Shown here one piece after another: positions 19,783 through 30,132 of a stretch of 64,000 nucleotides of DNA. This stretch comes from Candidatus Poribacteria bacterium (lineage in GTDB: Bacteria; Poribacteria; WGA-4E; WGA-3G): NCBI GenBank assembly GCA_963665235.2, contig CAXXLX010000001.1, positions 3,104,001-3,168,000 on the forward strand, written 5' to 3'. A program made the translations under genes and the position numbers. The notes beneath the pieces were generated by a model. That model had not been told where the DNA came from and made no database searches. It worked only from the letters and a program-made list of their open reading frames with translations. Within the stretch, counting starts at the first letter, position 1, and every line of letters begins with the position of its first letter.

Positions 19783-20388
19783 AACGTGAGTTTGAAAAAA
19801 GTTTTCACCTAGTATGAGGAGCGAGAAACCTTTGGTTTCCCGAATACTGGGTGCTAAGTCCGCTCCTTAGGGACGATATGTTTATAGGCATCTGGGTTTC
19901 CGCCCGGTCTCTTAGTCCCGTAGGGACGATATATTTATAGAAAGCCGTTTCCGCCCGGTCTCTTAGTCCCGTAGGGACGATATATTTATAGAAGGTCCGT
20001 TTCCGCCCGGTCTCTTAGTCCCGTAGGGACGATATATTTATAGAAAGCCGTTTCCGCCCGGTCTCTTAGTCCCGTAGGGACGATATATTTATAGAAAGCC
20101 GTTTCCGCCCGGTCTCTTAGTCCCGTAGGGACGATATATTTATAGAAAGCCGTTTCCGCCCGGTCTCTTAGTCCCGTAGGGACGATATATTTATAGAAAG
20201 CCGTTTCCGCCCGGTCTCTTAGTCCCGTAGGGACGATATATTTATAGAAGCCGTTTCCGCCCGGTCTCTTAGTCCCGTAGGGACGATATATTTATAGAAG
20301 GTCCGTTTCCGCCCGGTCTCTTAGTCCCGTAGGGACGATATATTTATAGAGGTTAGTGCAAACGGATATTTATTATCAAGCTCACGTT
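19783..20388. mobile_element. Inverted-repeat-bounded cassette enclosing the array
   Basis: aacgtgagtttgaaaa at 19783 versus ttatcaagctcacgtt ending at 20388; the same right-end motif ends at about 505. Confidence 0.55.
19896..20350. repeat. Tandem array of 9 near-identical 50-52-bp units, each with hairpin gtcccgtagggac
   Basis: Units start at 19896, 19947, 19999, 20050, 20101, 20152, 20203, 20253 and 20305; only the 4-6-bp linker varies; one degenerate unit precedes them. Confidence 0.95.
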
Positions 20389-20445
20389 AAACAAAGTATA
20401 CCACAAACCTTTAACTTATGCAAATTTTTTTAGAGGCAGCCAGTT

Positions 20446-22281
20446 GTGGGAACAAATCTCTCACAGATTTCAGACAGTTCTTTGCTTCTGTGGCCAGGAA
20501 TGCAAAAATCAACTGCACATCAAGCAGCATTAGCTAGGTGCGCCCGGTTTGAGAGTCCAGCGTGGATTCAATTGCCGGCCGACCTAATTAAGACGCGGTA
20601 TTGGTTAAAAGCCGTTGAATACACTTTTGACGAATCGGCGGCAGCAATAGCCATTCAGGGCCGTTTGCAACGGATTTTTGACGAATCGGACGAAAAAAGT
20701 CCGACCTTCACGCAATTTTATCTCATTGCACAACCGCACGCGGCTGCACCCTGCTATAACATTAGCGATTATGTGAAACAGTGCATGGATGGCGACCTTT
20801 CAGTTGCAGAACGGTTGTGTGGAAGAAAACTTATTCACATCTATCAGACTGAAACAGCTGCCGATGACCTGCTAAGCGATTCTGGCGTTGACCGGTTTAT
20901 CAAACGATTTCTCACACATTATGTGGAAATGTACGGTACAGCGGCTATCCTCGGTTTTACTTGTGAACTGCCGAGCTTCTTATCCGTATTAGCGGTAGAT
21001 GAAACGTCTGTCCCGTGGAGCCCCGCGATGTCAGAGGGAATTATCACCGAAGCCGCTGAAAGTAGACACAAACCTGCTGTGAACGCCCCTGAATACTTAT
21101 CAAATCAGCAACCTGCAACCCTGCCGCTCCTTTTTCATGAAACCTACGACTCGGCAGTTGTTCGAAGTAGCTATTGGCAGGCATTGACAGTACAATTCGC
21201 GAAATGTTTTATAAGAGGGCTCAGAAATTTCTGTCATCAGCACGGATTAAAATTTTCGGTCACGGTACAAGCAGGTGCAAAGACGCTAACGTTTGAGTTA
21301 AGCACATTACTATCAGAGATAGACTGTCCAATTCTACGCACCACGGTGTTGGATACGCCGAGACGTTTAGTTGTCGCAAAGTCGGTGTGTAGTCACGCGA
21401 AGCATGTCGGAATGTTGAGAAAAGGCCCGTCTATACTTTCACAGCGGCTCAGTGATGCAACCTTGGGTTTCAATCAGTGGGTGTCACCAAGTGCTGTGCC
21501 TCACGGAGCGGCCACTTTGACAACACTCTTCGCGACAGGACATCCCAAACGTGCAAGCTTGATGGTGTCGCCGACGCAAAGTCTCTGGATGAAACCCTCG
21601 GAGAAACAGTGGAATCACGTGACAAAAGCGTGGGGGTGGTTGTGTCAAACGGTGTGGCATTTGGGATACGATTTTCATATCGTTTCGGAGGCGCAGTTGA
21701 TTGATGCCACGGTAAATAGCGAAAAACGGGGGCTCAATTTCAACGGGGAGGTCTATCAACTTATTTTACTACCGAGCTGTATTTCGCTGCATGAAACGAC
21801 TGTGGAACGTTTAACAGCATTTACGAAGGCGAAGGGGCGGCTGCTTGTCAACGCACCCGCTCCTTATCTGCTCAATGGACGGATTGGACTTGAACCGTAC
21901 CCGTTGGAACACCTAATTTATAGGCGGCGCACCACGATATTGGACGGCCCCCTTGGCGAAAGGGAGACCGCCCTCAAAAAATTCCTTAGAAAATGGATGC
22001 CCTCCGTTATTTCACTCTATGCACGCCCGGCGAATCAACTCACGGAAGGTATTCAGGTCCATCACCGACAGGATGGGAACAGACACCTGTTCTACCTATT
22101 CAACACGACAGCAGAACCGATGGATACCTTGATTGAGATAGCAGGCGAAGCAGCCGCTGTTGATGAACTACAGATGCAGACAGGAAAACAGGTATCTATA
22201 GATGCCTGGCACGCCGATGGAAAAACATATATGAACTGCACGTTTGCCCCTGAACAGGGCAAATTACTTCTTGTTTCCTGA
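20446..22281 (+). CDS. Hypothetical protein; C-terminal half resembles glycoside-hydrolase accessory (class I GAT-like + beta-sandwich) domains
   Basis: GYDFHIVSEAQL, YQLILLP, HLFYLFN; similar in layout to GH106-like proteins. Confidence 0.5.
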   Translation: MGTNLSQISDSSLLLWPGMQKSTAHQAALARCARFESPAWIQLPADLIKTRYWLKAVEYTFDESAAAIAIQGRLQRIFDESDEKSPTFTQFYLIAQPHAAAPCYNISDYVKQCMDGDLSVAERLCGRKLIHIYQTETAADDLLSDSGVDRFIKRFLTHYVEMYGTAAILGFTCELPSFLSVLAVDETSVPWSPAMSEGIITEAAESRHKPAVNAPEYLSNQQPATLPLLFHETYDSAVVRSSYWQALTVQFAKCFIRGLRNFCHQHGLKFSVTVQAGAKTLTFELSTLLSEIDCPILRTTVLDTPRRLVVAKSVCSHAKHVGMLRKGPSILSQRLSDATLGFNQWVSPSAVPHGAATLTTLFATGHPKRASLMVSPTQSLWMKPSEKQWNHVTKAWGWLCQTVWHLGYDFHIVSEAQLIDATVNSEKRGLNFNGEVYQLILLPSCISLHETTVERLTAFTKAKGRLLVNAPAPYLLNGRIGLEPYPLEHLIYRRRTTILDGPLGERETALKKFLRKWMPSVISLYARPANQLTEGIQVHHRQDGNRHLFYLFNTTAEPMDTLIEIAGEAAAVDELQMQTGKQVSIDAWHADGKTYMNCTFAPEQGKLLLVS

Positions 22282-22353
22282 ATTTCCTTCATAATCCGCT
22301 TGACAGAATCTTAACTTTTGGGTATCTTATAGGAAAAACGGAAATGGGCTAAG

Positions 22354-25155
22354 ATGAAACGGACGATGAACTTTTCAAACAGTGGAACAGCATCAACAAA
22401 AGCAGGCGAAGAAGCCTCAACTGAAATGGTCTACATATCCGCTGGTGAATTCCGGATGGGCAGCAGAAAACGTCCTGCTGCAGCCCCTGTACATAATGTC
22501 TATCTTGACGAGTACTATATTGATATTTATGAGGTAACAAATGCCCAATTCAAGGCGTTCATTGATGCCAATCCGCAATGGGGCAAAGATAAGATTCCGA
22601 GCGAATATCATAACGGCAGCTATCTAAAACTGTGGAACGGAAATGACTACCCGAGCGGCAAAGCCAATCATCCGGTTGTTTACGTAAGCTGGTACGCTGC
22701 AATGGCATATTCACAGTGGGTTGGAAAACGACTTCCAACAGAGGCGGAATGGGAGAAAGCTGCCCGCGGGGGCGCGGTCGGCAAACGTTACGTGTGGGGC
22801 GATTCACCCGACCCGAGTAAGGCGAATTACATTAATAACGGGAATCCAGAATATACCGCACCTGTCGGGAGTTATCCGCCGAACGGATACGGATTGTATG
22901 ACATGGCGGGAAATGTGTGGGAACTGTGCCTAGATGAGTACGATGCAAAATTCTATAGTCGGTCCCCAGCTAAAAACCCGATAGCCGGTGCCGCTAATCT
23001 TGAAATGTTACTTGAGAATTTCATGGATGTTCGGACAGCTCGGGTTGCACGGGGCGGGTCATGGACAACGCCTGGGCCCGCGTATACGGCTGACCGTGGC
23101 AATGATTTGCCTACGAACACGAACGGTTGGCTCGGTTTCCGCTGTGCAAAAACTTTGACAACCCAGGAGAAAGCGGAATTGTCTAAACTGAACAGTAAAA
23201 AACGACAGGATTCTGCCCGGCAGCCATCAAAAGTCGACTTTGATAGTGAGGAATCGTTTCAGCAGGTCGCCCAAAACAGTAGAGACGGGGTCGCCTATAT
23301 AGAAGCAGTTTCCAGTACAATATTAACCTTGCCGTGGCACATGCATAAGCTGTTCACACATAAGCGCGGGGCGACGTATACTAATTTACATAGGTTTTTG
23401 TCGCGTATCCAAGAGGACACGCCTATTGGTATAGCGGGCACCGGTTTTTTTATCGCCCGCGATATGCTGGTAACCAATATTCACGTGGTTGTGGATGCGA
23501 AAACTATCGCCGCAAAACAGCTGGATAGTGAAAAACCCATCCTATATCCTATTGAAGGTGTCATGGCGTTTGACGAGAAAAATGACTTAGTTGTCCTAAA
23601 GGTTGCAGAAGAATGTCCTACACCGCTCAGCCTTGGTGACAGTGAAACCGTCCAAAGCGGCGAAAATGTTAGTATTGTGACGTATGTAGGTGGGGAATTC
23701 AATTATATAAAGGGAACTATTTGTAGCGAAGGCGGGAGTGATAGATTTCATCGGGTTAAAGCGAAACTCACACACGGGAACAGTGGAAGTCCGATGCTAA
23801 ACGGCAGGGGTGAAGTTATCGGTATAGCCGCTTCTGTCGAAAGAATGTCCGCTAGCACTGTAGCGGATGCCTCAGAATTCGCGAATGCGGTACCTTCAAA
23901 CCTCCTGAATTCGCTGCTTGAAAAGGCGGATAGCATTGAACCGTTCGAGGCATGGCGAAAGCGTCCATGTATACGCGCCTATGCTGTAAGTTTTCAAGGA
24001 GATACGCGGTTAAAAAAGCAAAAACACACCGCAGCACTAGCAAAATATGATGTGGCACTGAAGCATAACCCACATCTGATCCAAACTTATAACAATCGTG
24101 GCACAGCAAAATTGAAATTGGATGACTATGAGGGAGCTATAGCTGACTTTGATACCGTGCTTCAACACGATGCGGATTTAGCGTCTGTCTACACAAATCG
24201 CGCTATTGCGAAGATGTCCATATACGACTTAGAAGGGGCCTCAGAAGATATAGGTTTTGGGTTCCAATACCTCCGAGATTCTAAAAATTTCCAACTATAC
24301 CTGCTCCGTGCATGTGTAAAGAGTGCACTCGGGGATATATTAGAGGCAATGGAGGACATTGACAAATGCATTACGCTCAATCCGGATTTCGCTGAAGCCT
24401 ACATGATACGCGGAATGATTAAGAGCGAACAGGAGGACTATCACGAAGCTATCGTAAACGCTGAGAAAACTATCGAACTCAAACCGGAGTCTGAAATAGG
24501 ATATGCCAGCCGGTCAAGTGTGAAAAGATTACTCGGTAAATTTAACAATGCCCGTGGAAATATAGCGGATGCCGAGAAGCTTTATCAGGAGGCACTTGAA
24601 GATGCCGAAAAAGCTGTCCACCTCAAACCGAAGTCTTCTCTTTCGCTCTCTGCTCAAGGGAGGGCAAAGCAGCAGCTCGGGGAAGCTAAAGCTTCCAAGG
24701 GGGATATCGTTGGCGCGCGGGAATTGTATAAAGCAGCGATTACTGACCACACAAAGGCAATCCAGATTAAACCGAGGTCCCCTACAGGTTATAATGACCG
24801 TGGATGGGCAAATTATCTGCTCGGTCAATTAGAAACCGAACAGGGGAAAGCAGCGAGGGCACGAAAACACTACCGAGCGGCTATAGTAGATAGCAGTGAA
24901 GCCATCCGGATAGTGAAAAATGCATATTCTGCATATTCCTACCTTCACACTCGCGGGGCTGCAAAGGCTGCCCTCGAAGATTATGATGAGGCAATTGCGG
25001 ATTTTAGTGAAGCCATCCGGATTAAACCGGAATATGCCACAGCCTACCGAGACCGCGCAAAGGCAAAGGAGGTACTAGGCCAAAACGAAGCAGCGGAAGC
25101 CGACTATGAGAAAGCGAAAACGTTAGAGGCAGCTGCCGAAAAGAGGATACGCTAA
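22354..25155 (+). CDS. FGE-fold + trypsin-like serine protease + TPR fusion
   Basis: RLPTEAEWEKAARGG/GFRCAK; triad VTNIHVV, NDLVVL, HGNSGSP; many TPRs. Confidence 0.9.
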   Translation: MKRTMNFSNSGTASTKAGEEASTEMVYISAGEFRMGSRKRPAAAPVHNVYLDEYYIDIYEVTNAQFKAFIDANPQWGKDKIPSEYHNGSYLKLWNGNDYPSGKANHPVVYVSWYAAMAYSQWVGKRLPTEAEWEKAARGGAVGKRYVWGDSPDPSKANYINNGNPEYTAPVGSYPPNGYGLYDMAGNVWELCLDEYDAKFYSRSPAKNPIAGAANLEMLLENFMDVRTARVARGGSWTTPGPAYTADRGNDLPTNTNGWLGFRCAKTLTTQEKAELSKLNSKKRQDSARQPSKVDFDSEESFQQVAQNSRDGVAYIEAVSSTILTLPWHMHKLFTHKRGATYTNLHRFLSRIQEDTPIGIAGTGFFIARDMLVTNIHVVVDAKTIAAKQLDSEKPILYPIEGVMAFDEKNDLVVLKVAEECPTPLSLGDSETVQSGENVSIVTYVGGEFNYIKGTICSEGGSDRFHRVKAKLTHGNSGSPMLNGRGEVIGIAASVERMSASTVADASEFANAVPSNLLNSLLEKADSIEPFEAWRKRPCIRAYAVSFQGDTRLKKQKHTAALAKYDVALKHNPHLIQTYNNRGTAKLKLDDYEGAIADFDTVLQHDADLASVYTNRAIAKMSIYDLEGASEDIGFGFQYLRDSKNFQLYLLRACVKSALGDILEAMEDIDKCITLNPDFAEAYMIRGMIKSEQEDYHEAIVNAEKTIELKPESEIGYASRSSVKRLLGKFNNARGNIADAEKLYQEALEDAEKAVHLKPKSSLSLSAQGRAKQQLGEAKASKGDIVGARELYKAAITDHTKAIQIKPRSPTGYNDRGWANYLLGQLETEQGKAARARKHYRAAIVDSSEAIRIVKNAYSAYSYLHTRGAAKAALEDYDEAIADFSEAIRIKPEYATAYRDRAKAKEVLGQNEAAEADYEKAKTLEAAAEKRIR

Positions 25156-25175
25156 CGGTAAAAAGGTGAACTATT

Positions 25176-27188
25176 ATGACAGAAAAAATAGACGTAACAT
25201 TACAGCAAATTGGAGAAAAAGCACTCGCCGAATCTGTAGTCCGTTTAAAATCGAAACAGACTGATACCGACTCCGGGGAGCTTGTTGACTCACCACGTGG
25301 AACCGGGTTTTTTGTCGGGCCGAACCTGATTGTGACAAATATTCACTGTATGGTAGATGAACAATCCACTTGGGCAGAACTTACTAGCACGGGTGCAACG
25401 TTCCGTATCACGGGTGTCATTGCGTTTAATGGCGACAACGACCTCGTCATACTCAAAACAACAGGGGAAGGGGTACCGCTCCCAATTGCCGATAGTAGCA
25501 CAGTTCAAATCGACGACCTTGTTTGTGCAGCGGGGTACTCCGGCGGAGAAGAGGGAGAAGCTAAACAGAGCACTATTCACAGTTTTCGCCATAGCGATCA
25601 GCGTTTCCAAATTAGAGAATTCCTTGGGGGCGGATATAGTGGAAGTGCCCTGCTAAACCGAACAGGTGAAGTGATAGGCGTTATTGCCGCGGGTGCTATG
25701 TCATTTACGCGCAGCGGCGAGATTCTCTCCGGAAGCCACGCAGTTGCCTCGAACACGCTAGCCGACCTCCTTGCAAGCAAAACGAAAGTGCAAACGTTGG
25801 CGAAATGGCGGAAGCACCCACAGATACGCGCCTATAGTGAGAGTTCAAAAGGACAACAGGCAATGCTGGACGGACATGTCCTCTCCGCAATGAAACACTA
25901 TGATACTGCCCTTGAATTTAATCCAAATATGGTTGAGGTTTATGCCAATAGGGCGACTATAAAGGCAATGCTACTCCAATTCGATTCGGCACTGTCGGAC
26001 TGCGATGCGGCTATCAAAATCAATCCGGAATACGGTGAGGCATATAAAAACCGCGCCGCTATAAAGTTTACCCTCAAACGATACGAAGAGGCACTCGTAG
26101 ATTGGGCAGTTGTCATTAAACAGGAGCCTGAGTTCATTGAGGCATATAAAAATCGCGCCCTTATAAATGCTGACCTCCACCGATACGAAGAGGCACTCGC
26201 GGATTATGATGTGCTGCTCGAAATGCGGCCTGAATCGAGCAATTTCTACGTCTGGCGAGCAAGTTTGAAAACCTCCCTCGGCCGATACGAGGAGGCATTT
26301 GCCGATTATGAGGCTGCCTTAAAATTTGCACAAGATTGTACCCAAATCTTTTTCTGGCGTGCACGTACAAAAGTCTTGGCCGAAGACTATGCAGGTGCCC
26401 TCGAAGACCTAGATAGATTCAGTAGTCTAAATGCTCTACCAATCAGCATTTTCGATATTTACCGCCAGCGCGCACTTATCAAACAGAACCTTGATGACTA
26501 TGAAGGTGCCATAAAAGACTACGATACGGCTATTCAGAACAATCCCAAAGACGATGTTGCCTACTGCGACCGGGCCCTTACAAAACGGACCTACGGCATG
26601 ATTAAAGCAGAACTGGGCGATACGGTGGCAGCTCGAACCCTCTATCAAGAAGCTATTGAGGATTACACAGCATCCATCCAACTTGACCCCAAATACGAAC
26701 GAGTCTATAACAGTAGGGGATGGACAAAGTTCCTCCTTGGCGAACTAGAAATCAAGCGTGGGAATATAGAGGCGGGGAAAATGCTCTTTAAAGACGCAAT
26801 CCTCGATAGCGATGAGACAATTCGCCTACAATGGGATAACCCGAGTGCAGAACCCTACTACGCCACCGGAAAATCGAAGACTGCACTGGAGGATTATGAT
26901 AAGGCAATTGCAGATTTTAATGAAGCCATCCGGCTTGACCCCACAGTTTCACTATACTACGAAGGGCGCGCGGAGGTCTATGAGGCAGCCGGACAACACG
27001 AAGCCGCGAAAGCTGACTCTGAAAAGGCACAAGAACTAAAAGCAGCAGATGAAGCATCTGGACAACACAAGGCCGCGAAAGCCGACTTCGAAAAGACAAA
27101 GGAAATGACGGCAGCCGGACAACACGAGGCCGCGAAAGCCGACTTCGAAAAGGTAATGGAACTCGAAGCAGCACCTGAAAACGAATAG
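25176..27188 (+). CDS. Trypsin-like protease + TPR protein
   Basis: GTGFF, VTNIH, NDLVIL, GYSGSA; TPR array; triplicated C-terminal GQHEAAKADxEK. Confidence 0.88.
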   Translation: MTEKIDVTLQQIGEKALAESVVRLKSKQTDTDSGELVDSPRGTGFFVGPNLIVTNIHCMVDEQSTWAELTSTGATFRITGVIAFNGDNDLVILKTTGEGVPLPIADSSTVQIDDLVCAAGYSGGEEGEAKQSTIHSFRHSDQRFQIREFLGGGYSGSALLNRTGEVIGVIAAGAMSFTRSGEILSGSHAVASNTLADLLASKTKVQTLAKWRKHPQIRAYSESSKGQQAMLDGHVLSAMKHYDTALEFNPNMVEVYANRATIKAMLLQFDSALSDCDAAIKINPEYGEAYKNRAAIKFTLKRYEEALVDWAVVIKQEPEFIEAYKNRALINADLHRYEEALADYDVLLEMRPESSNFYVWRASLKTSLGRYEEAFADYEAALKFAQDCTQIFFWRARTKVLAEDYAGALEDLDRFSSLNALPISIFDIYRQRALIKQNLDDYEGAIKDYDTAIQNNPKDDVAYCDRALTKRTYGMIKAELGDTVAARTLYQEAIEDYTASIQLDPKYERVYNSRGWTKFLLGELEIKRGNIEAGKMLFKDAILDSDETIRLQWDNPSAEPYYATGKSKTALEDYDKAIADFNEAIRLDPTVSLYYEGRAEVYEAAGQHEAAKADSEKAQELKAADEASGQHKAAKADFEKTKEMTAAGQHEAAKADFEKVMELEAAPENE

Positions 27189-27220
27189 GAACACCGGTTG
27201 ACTCGCCAAAAGGAGAAAAA

Positions 27221-28780
27221 ATGACAGGCGGCACGATTTTTGTCGAATGTTTGAAAGCACAAGGCATCGAGGTAATTTTTGGGCTACCGGGAAACCACCT
27301 CGATACCGTTTACGAGGCACTACATAACAATCAAGATAGCATCCGGCACTATGTCACACGGCATGAAGGCGGAACCGCTTTTATGGCGGATGGATATGCA
27401 CGCGCTAGCGGTGAGGTCGGGGTCTGTATGACTGTTCCCGGACCGGGCGCGAACAACGCATCTATTGGGATATGTGAGGCATATACGGCGTGTTCACCGG
27501 TGCTTTGGATTACAGGGCAAAACCCATCTTACCTGGCACAGAAAGACCCCCGGAAAAGTTTTCACGGATTGAATCAGGCGGCGGCCTTCGCGCCGATGAC
27601 GAAGGATATGGAAATAGTGCACCGAGTTGAACAGATTCCGGGGGCAGTCAATCGTGCCTTTCGCGCGCTGCGCTCAGGCCGACCCGGACCTGTCCTAATG
27701 GAACTTGCAACTGACGCACTACAGGCGGTAGCCGAATTGCCAATCCCACCGAGAAACAACGGAATCCAGACAACAGCAAACCCCGCGGACATTGATGCAG
27801 CGGTAGCGTTAATTGGCGCATCGGAACGGCCGCTGATTGTCGCTGGCGGCGGTATTAACCATACGCGTGCAACCGCAGAGCTGCTTGAATTCGCACGGCT
27901 GATAGATGCCCCTATTGGAATGACAGGCATGGGCAAGGGGGCTGTTCCTGAAGATTCACCCTATTCAATCGGGCTCTTCCGCGATGGTGTTGGGCAAGCA
28001 GCGATGCAAGCGGCTGACCTCATTATTGCTATCGGCACACGATTTTCCTATCGCGATACAGGAAATTGGGCACTCCAAATCCCGCAACCGCTACTGCACA
28101 TTGAGGCGGATGTCGACGAAATTCACAAAGAATACCCCGCCACCGTTGGAATCGGAGCAGATCCGAAATTGGTACTACAGCAGCTAAACGAGGCATTGGA
28201 CAGCGAAAAACGTACCGGGGGCTGGGGCGAAGGGTTACGCCAACTTCGCCACCAATTCACGGCAATTGAACCGCCGAGAATCCTCCGGGAGATGCGCGAT
28301 GTTATGCCACGTGATGCTATCTTGTCCGTTGATGTCAATATTACCGGTTACGGGGCACTTTCGCATTTTCCGATGTATACCGCAGGCAGCTATATCTTTT
28401 CCGGCATATCTGTCGCTATGGGAATTGGGTTGACGGGTGCTATCGGCGCGCAGGTCGCCTATCCGGAACGGAAGGTTGTGGCACTCAGTGGAGATGGTGG
28501 TTTCCTGATGACCAGTCCAGACCTTGCAACAGCGGTGATGTACGAGCTGCCTATCGTCACCCTTGTGATGAACGATAATCAGTACACCTCAATTGAACGG
28601 GGACAACTTAGACGGTTCGGAAAACGCATCGGGGTGGAATTGGTTAACCCGGACTTCGTTCAGTTTGCTGAATCTTTCGGGGCAGTCGGGCTACGCGTCG
28701 AAACCCCTGACGATTTCAAACCGACCTTTGAAAAAGCACTCGCCTTGGATAAGCCGGTAGTCATTGAAGTTATAAAGTAG
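27221..28780 (+). CDS. Thiamine-pyrophosphate-binding protein (ALS-like family)
   Basis: FGLPG, RHEGGTAFMADGYAR and GDGGFLM motifs. Confidence 0.9.
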   Translation: MTGGTIFVECLKAQGIEVIFGLPGNHLDTVYEALHNNQDSIRHYVTRHEGGTAFMADGYARASGEVGVCMTVPGPGANNASIGICEAYTACSPVLWITGQNPSYLAQKDPRKSFHGLNQAAAFAPMTKDMEIVHRVEQIPGAVNRAFRALRSGRPGPVLMELATDALQAVAELPIPPRNNGIQTTANPADIDAAVALIGASERPLIVAGGGINHTRATAELLEFARLIDAPIGMTGMGKGAVPEDSPYSIGLFRDGVGQAAMQAADLIIAIGTRFSYRDTGNWALQIPQPLLHIEADVDEIHKEYPATVGIGADPKLVLQQLNEALDSEKRTGGWGEGLRQLRHQFTAIEPPRILREMRDVMPRDAILSVDVNITGYGALSHFPMYTAGSYIFSGISVAMGIGLTGAIGAQVAYPERKVVALSGDGGFLMTSPDLATAVMYELPIVTLVMNDNQYTSIERGQLRRFGKRIGVELVNPDFVQFAESFGAVGLRVETPDDFKPTFEKALALDKPVVIEVIK

Positions 28781-28859
28781 CGATTCACAAATTGTCGGTT
28801 TCGCTCCTTTCAACCCGACCTGCAATTGGCACAAAAAAAACAGAAAAGAGGAATTTGAT

Positions 28860-30062
28860 ATGCGAAAAAAGATAGGTGTTCTAACGGGGGGTGGTGATAC
28901 AAGTGCACTCAACGCTACCCTCAAAGGTATTGCATTGAGAGCCGAAGAACTCGGTTTCGAACTGGTAGGATTCATGGAGGGGTGGCGAGGCGTTTTGCAA
29001 GGCGGACGCTACTTTACCCTCACCCCTGACCTCATCGATGAGAACCAAGGCGGAACGCTTCTAAAAAGTTCACGGACCAACCTTATCGCAATGGATAAAC
29101 TAGATGAAGCCATTGAAAATCTGAAAAAATTGGACATCAGCGGACTCATTCCGATTGGCGGTGATGATACATTGACAGTCGGTACCGCCCTTTCAGAACA
29201 ATTCACAACGGCGTTCGTCACAAAGACGATTGATAACGATGTCGGTCTCAATCCGCCGTACGGGGATTCTGTCGATTACTCTAAGATGATTAACTATTTC
29301 TGCCCCGGCTTCCCAACAGCGGCGAGTCGTGTTATTGATGCAGTCCGCGATTTACGGACCACGACCTATTCACATGACCGCGTCATTATCGTTGAAGCGA
29401 TGGGACGAGATGCGGGGTGGTTGACACTGTCCGCAGCTTATGGACTGGCGGACCTTATCGTTGTACCAGAGGTGCCCTATCAACCGGATAGATTGGCGGA
29501 AGCAATCGGAAAAAAACATAAGGAGCAGGGAAATGTCATCGTCGTCGTCTCGGAAGGCATCCGAAATGATGCAGGTGAATTAATGATAACTTCACAGGCG
29601 GAACTTGACGCGTTCGGACACACGAAGCCGGGCGGATGTTCAGAAATTATCGTCGAAGCTATGAAGAAACGGCTCCCGGAGATTTCAAGTTCAGCGTTTC
29701 GTGCCCTGATACTTGGATATCTACAAAGGTGCGGCAGCCCGATACCTCTGGATAGAGACACCGCTATTAAAGCGGGAGCACTTGCGGTGCGTGCCCTCGC
29801 TGATGGTATGCGGGACGGTGTCGCGACGATTGCGCGAACGGATGCGGGTATAGAGCCTGCCCTGCTACCGCTGGACCAGGTGTTGAAACGGGATGAAACT
29901 GGACATGTTATCCGTCGAAGCCTTGACCCCCGTTTTTACGACAGTGAAAACTACCAGTTGTCACCTGCTGGTGCCGGGTATTTCCGGCCCCTCTTCGGTG
30001 ACCTCCCGCGTTGTGCGTTATCCTTAAGGGACCGGCGGATTGATATAGGCGAAATTGCATGA
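28860..30062 (+). CDS. 6-phosphofructokinase family, probably PPi-dependent
   Basis: TGGGD, GGDDT, KTIDND, EAMGRDAGW. Confidence 0.88.
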   Translation: MRKKIGVLTGGGDTSALNATLKGIALRAEELGFELVGFMEGWRGVLQGGRYFTLTPDLIDENQGGTLLKSSRTNLIAMDKLDEAIENLKKLDISGLIPIGGDDTLTVGTALSEQFTTAFVTKTIDNDVGLNPPYGDSVDYSKMINYFCPGFPTAASRVIDAVRDLRTTTYSHDRVIIVEAMGRDAGWLTLSAAYGLADLIVVPEVPYQPDRLAEAIGKKHKEQGNVIVVVSEGIRNDAGELMITSQAELDAFGHTKPGGCSEIIVEAMKKRLPEISSSAFRALILGYLQRCGSPIPLDRDTAIKAGALAVRALADGMRDGVATIARTDAGIEPALLPLDQVLKRDETGHVIRRSLDPRFYDSENYQLSPAGAGYFRPLFGDLPRCALSLRDRRIDIGEIA

Positions 30063-30132
30063 AAATATGCAGCGGGCGGTATTTGCACCGCCCGCCACCC
30101 TTTCTATATGTGCCTACAAATGCCTATTATCT

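Noticed and set aside
19896-20350. CRISPR array
   Set aside because: The sequences between hairpins are identical rather than unique spacers, and there are no cas genes in the window
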